Assembly: GCA_000708835.1 (NCBI GenBank)
Contig: DF237089.1
Span: 113,591-177,590, forward strand
Length of the DNA stretch: 64,000 nucleotides
Origin: Klebsormidium nitens
Taxonomy: Eukaryota; Plantae; Klebsormidiophyceae
Reading direction: 5' to 3'
Each line of letters starts with the position of its first letter. Within the stretch, counting starts at the first letter, position 1. Shown here in pieces: positions 59,879 through 64,000 of this stretch. The translations under genes were made by a program, and so were the position numbers. A model generated the notes under the pieces. It was not told the DNA's origin, did no database searches, and was given only the letters and a program-made list of their open reading frames with translations.

Positions 59879-61910
59879 ATGCTGATGCATCCCCGTTGTA
59901 ATGACAGCAACATGCCGCATATGGCATCAGCGGAGTTGGTGCCGCTCGAGGCGCAGCCCTGTGGGCTCAATGCGGAGCAAGATCCGCCAGCACAACTGGA
60001 AGCTGCGCACGACCCCTCAGCTGCTGCCCCCGACTCCGACTCTGCCGGAGACGCTGAACCCTTCTTCGAAGCCTCAGCTGACGAGATCGATCTCGACGCT
60101 GATCCGTTGACTCGCGACAGTAACCCCTCAGAGGCGTCAGACTGGAACTTCAAGTTCTTTTCTTCTCGTTTCGCGCCACGTGTCGCAGCGGCTTTGGACG
60201 CGGAACAGCTCACCCGCAACCTAAGGTCCCTTCTCACGGAGATAGAGGCCGGACCGGAGATTAGTGCGATGCTGGAGAAGGAGCTAACAGCCTGGCTCAA
60301 GTCGGTAGAGGGGAAGGTGCACCCGGTTGAGCACTTCGTGGCAGGCAGCTTCGGCCGTCACGTCCCTGTGTGGGAGGAGCTGCTGAAGGACTCCTCGCGG
60401 CCTGCTTCGAAAACGGTGTTGTCCTGGTTACGAAACGGCATAAAGCCGTCTTTCGTTGGCACAGCCCAGTGTGATCCCAAGAAGCTGGAGAGGGTGAAAC
60501 TCATGCTCCGGAGAACCATAGGGGAGGCGAAAGTCGAAGAGTGGCTCTCGGGGGACGTGCCGCATCCTGTAGAGTTCCCCAATCACCGCTCGTTCCACGA
60601 GAACGCAGACTTTGGCATCAAGACGGTCGGCGAGATGCTAGTCAACGGCTCCGTTGAGCTTTGCCCCCCGGGTCAGCGCAAACCGAAGGTGGTTAACCCC
60701 CTAGGAGTCGTTAACCTCCCCAAAGGGCGCCTAGTGTTAGACGCCGGTTACGTAAACGCCTTTTTGAAACCGCGCCCGTTCAAATACGAGACACTCCGCG
60801 ACATTCTAACATTTCTGGCCGCCAACGGCTTCTTCTCGACGTGGGACTTCAAGGCGGGTTACTACCACGTGCTCATTCACCCCCGCTTTCGGACTTACTT
60901 CGGTTTCAGGATTGGCAAGGCCTACTTCCGGTACAACGCAATGTGCTTCGGTTGGTCCGAACAGTGCTATGCGTACACGCTGATCACTCAGGAAGCCGCC
61001 AAGGAGCTCCGAATCAGGGGTGTCCCCGTTTCAAGTTACCTGGACGACGGGTTAACCGCCAATCAGAGCTATGCCCTCTGCCTCTGGCTCATTGTGGTGA
61101 TCATCCAATTCCTCACCCTCCTCGGGGCGGTTTTCAGCCTGTCTAAGTGCCAATTCTGGCCGTCCCAGACGGGCGAGTGGCTCGGATTCGTGGTCGACAC
61201 TCCGGCGGAACAGTTCAGGGTTGCGGCGGATAAGCTAGCCAAAGTAAAAGGGGTTTGAACCGAGCTTCTCACCGCGGATGACGTCAGCCCACGTCTCCTT
61301 GCGAAGGTCGCGGGCAAAATCATCGCGATGGGACCCGCGGTTCTGCCGGCCTCTTTGTACAGCCGGCCCCTGTTTCAGGCGATGCAAGGACGCATTTCCT
61401 GGGATGAGGTTTTTCCCACGCCTTTGGCGGCCAAAACAACCGCCAAACTCTTCTTGGAGCGCCTCGACGACTGGAACGGCAGGCGCTGGTTTCCGCGCCG
61501 GATCCTGATTGAAGCTGCTTCTGATGCATCTGACTTCGGGTTTGGGGGATCCCTCCACATCGCCGGCAGCCCCCCCTTCCACGTGGCGGGATCCTTGACG
61601 GAGGCGGAGGTCAGCCAATCAAGCACGGCGCGCGAGATGATTGGCTTTCTTCGCGTTCTGCAACAAGCCGTCCTCCACCACCGCCCTCTCCTTTCGGGGG
61701 CAGCGGTTTTGTTGGTTGGCAACAATCAAGGCGCGGTGGCGGCAGTCAACAGCATGAGGAGCTCGGCGCCGGACGTTAACACCGTTCTCCAGGAAATCTT
61801 CACGTTATGCTCTGAAGGAGATTTCGACGTTCTAGCATAGTGGAAACCGTGCAGAGTTGGCTGTACAGGACGCCCTTAGTCGAGTGCCAGACGCTTCTCA
61901 GGAGGACCAG
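59879..61910 (+). mobile_element. Decayed DIRS-type (tyrosine-recombinase class) retrotransposon pol: reverse transcriptase + RNase H
   Basis: RT motifs KGRLVLD..YVN, FKYETL, WDFKAGYYHV, AMCFGW, YLDD (61037-61048), WLGF. After an in-frame TGA (61256-61258) the same frame continues into RNase H (SDASDFGFGG, STARE, GNN, then WKP..DALSR across a TAG stop and a frameshift). Confidence 0.85.
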
Positions 61911-61929
61911 TGGGTCGAGAACTACTGCC

Positions 61930-62160
61930 ATTGTGGCCCTCCGACCCTACTTAGGGGGGCTGTCGGACCTTAGGGACAAAAGTTTCGAAATCGAATCTTG
62001 GCCTTAAGCCTGGGGTTCAACCGGTCACTCACAAGGCCTACCGGTCACTACTTAGGGACTTAGAACCGACGCCGGGCTCCTATCCCTAAGTACTTATGCT
62101 CTGCGTCGAAGCTTAGGGGCCTGGGGGCTGAGTACTACCCCAAGTCCCTAAGTCTTGGAG
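61930..62160. repeat. cttaggg(ac)/(gt)ccctaag-rich repeat tract where the pol homology ends
   Basis: At least four cttaggg words and two ccctaag inverse words within ~230 bp, plus accggtcact duplicated. Confidence 0.5.
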
Positions 62161-62666
62161 GTAACAGAGGGTATCCACACCCCGCGTGTCCGTACATTCC
62201 GGGAGGGGCACTGCCCAACCCGACTGTGTCTTATAATAATACTCAAGTCTACAAAGGTCCCCCCGGGCACTCAGAGTATCCGATCTTAAAAGCACTTGCT
62301 TCCGAGTAACCAGGAGCACGTGCTTTTTGGCAGCGCGGTGCGCCGGGCGGCCGTAATCTTGGTGCAATCCAAGCTCGCGCACGCGCTCACCTCTGCCACG
62401 TACACACACGAAGCGTCGAAGCGCGACCGCGGGCTACTCCCCCGCCCACATTGTCCCAAAAGTTCGGGAACGTGTCTGTTCAACCCCCAAAAGTCAGGGC
62501 ACGTGACTTGCCAAGCTCAAATTGGTCCGAATCCACCGACTCCACCCACGCACTTCCGAATCAGCTCAAGCTGGTCCGAACCAACTCAAGTTCGTCCGAA
62601 TCAGCTCACCTATGCTGGGTGCATCAGCCATCTGCACATCACTGAGAATGGCGAGACCCTGAACAC

Positions 62667-62846
62667 GCCCGGGGGAAACAATGTGGTAAGATCCGGTCGT
62701 ATTCGCCCGACGGCGGTTGTGGGAGCTGCATCAGTGGTGCTCGGTTAGTTACCGGGTGTATACCGGGCACTCTCCTAGGGTTTGATTGGGGTCTAAAATG
62801 CCCGGGGGAAACAATGTGGTAAGATCCGGTCGTATTCGCCCGACGG
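62667..62846. repeat. Perfect 47-bp direct repeat separated by 86 bp
   Basis: gcccgggggaaacaatgtggtaagatccggtcgtattcgcccgacgg at 62667-62713 and 62800-62846. Confidence 0.9.
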
Positions 62847-63082
62847 TAGCATTCCGTGTAACCACGGTAGCATGCATGGGCCACGTGTCCAGGGTGTGCG
62901 CGCAGCTAGCGTTTAGTTTGAGTGCCCGCACAGCCTTAAGTAATGAGGCATTGTCAACAGGAATTGTTTACGCCCCGGAATCTCTCCAACCTGATTGGCT
63001 GTGCGTAAGTTAAGCATTATTTTTTAATTAGTCATCCGTGATTGAATTTGCCATTATTTTCTAAGCAGTATTGCAATAAGCT

Positions 63083-63720
63083 TTGAAGTACAACTCAACA
63101 GGTACTTCCGGGACTCGCTACTGGAGGCACCTGCACACGGACGACGTCACAGTCAACGGGCTGCCACTGGCTGCGATTGCGACGCGGCGAGTACCAGCAA
63201 TCTCTACTATGGAGTCGTCTCTCTCAACCTGCTGCCGCAGATCCCCACCTGTAAGCTCACCGGAGACTTTCTCACGGGCGCTTTCGCTTCGAGCTTCTCT
63301 CCCGCGGCAAGCGACATGTATGAGCTCGGGGGACCCACGAGCAACTGGAATACGGGGTATGTCAATTCGATCACGACTCATGGCGAGCAATGGGCAGATC
63401 ATGTCAGGACCAGGCGACTTTACGATCACGGCAACCTCCAATGCCGCGAGCCTTGTATTCTCTGAAGCGAACCATTCACGTGAGCAACGCGAGTCTGACC
63501 GTCACTGGGGCCATCACTGCCTCTGGTGCGACCCTCACCGCACCTCTGACAATGCGTTCCAACTCAGTGGGTATCACTGGATCCATTGCCTCCCCTTCCA
63601 GCCGAGCATCAGCCGTCTATGCCACTGTCGTAGGTACAACCGCCCTTACAGATGACAGCAACCTGTCTCTCGGGCCTCGTGCCACGACCGCTATTTGTAC
63701 TCTGGGCCTTTTATAGGCAC
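63083..63720 (+). pseudogene. Degenerate Thr/Ser/Ala/Gly-rich ORF resembling a viral tail-fibre/beta-repeat protein
   Basis: Two overlapping frames give GTSGTRYWRHLHTDDVTVNG ... SNASLTVTGAITASGATLTAPLTM..GITGSIASPSSRASAVYATVVGT. Intronless, with a frameshift near 63470 and stops downstream. Resemblance is judged by eye. Confidence 0.35.
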
Positions 63721-64000
63721 TGGAATGCCGCCAACTGGCAGATCTTAGTATCGATGGTGACACGGTGGCCAAGTTGGCACATGTCTGTCCGAACCCAACC
63801 CCATACGCGCGGTAATAAGTGGTTTTGATAAATTGGACGGTCAATATATTGCCTGTTGCCGCCTTGGTTGACCACGGGTACCCCGGATGGGACTTTCTCG
63901 GACCTTTTCATGATCTGCCGTTACAAGTAACAGGCACTCGGACCCAGCTTCAAACGCCTACTATGACGCACTATGTTAGACCTTTCATAGGTTGTTCACA

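Overview
Eukaryotic, intron-rich nuclear DNA with GC-rich exons. It is most consistent with a Klebsormidium-like streptophyte alga: land-plant-type genes sit next to flagellar and four-domain channel genes. This assignment is inference. I built gene models by hand from splice sites and checked reading phase. In order: (1) 3' end of a PGPGxY-repeat (SHIPPO/ODF3-like) gene; (2) an 18-exon, 2907-aa four-domain voltage-gated Ca/Na-type channel (minus strand) with EF-hand-like and IQ motifs; (3) a divergent 18-exon, 1040-aa membrane calcineurin-like metallophosphoesterase; (4) a 5-exon plant-type HNH protein; (5) a PSA2-like DnaJ zinc-finger gene; (6) an F-box gene; (7) two tandem SLC18-like MFS paralogs, one doubly frameshifted; (8) a decayed DIRS-like RT/RNase H retroelement followed by a degenerate tail-fibre-like ORF. 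The most striking observation is the channel's predicted selectivity filter, E/Y/E/E, with the conserved domain III pore Trp replaced by Ala. Other notable items are two ~190-bp intronic MITE-like elements that share a core but have different terminal inverted repeats, three GC-AG introns, an interleaved (pseudoknot-type) inverted repeat, and a 12-mer repeated at an exact 109-bp spacing inside the retroelement. No rRNA, tRNA or CRISPR array was found. About 35.6-42.6 kb and 49.3-52.1 kb remain unexplained.
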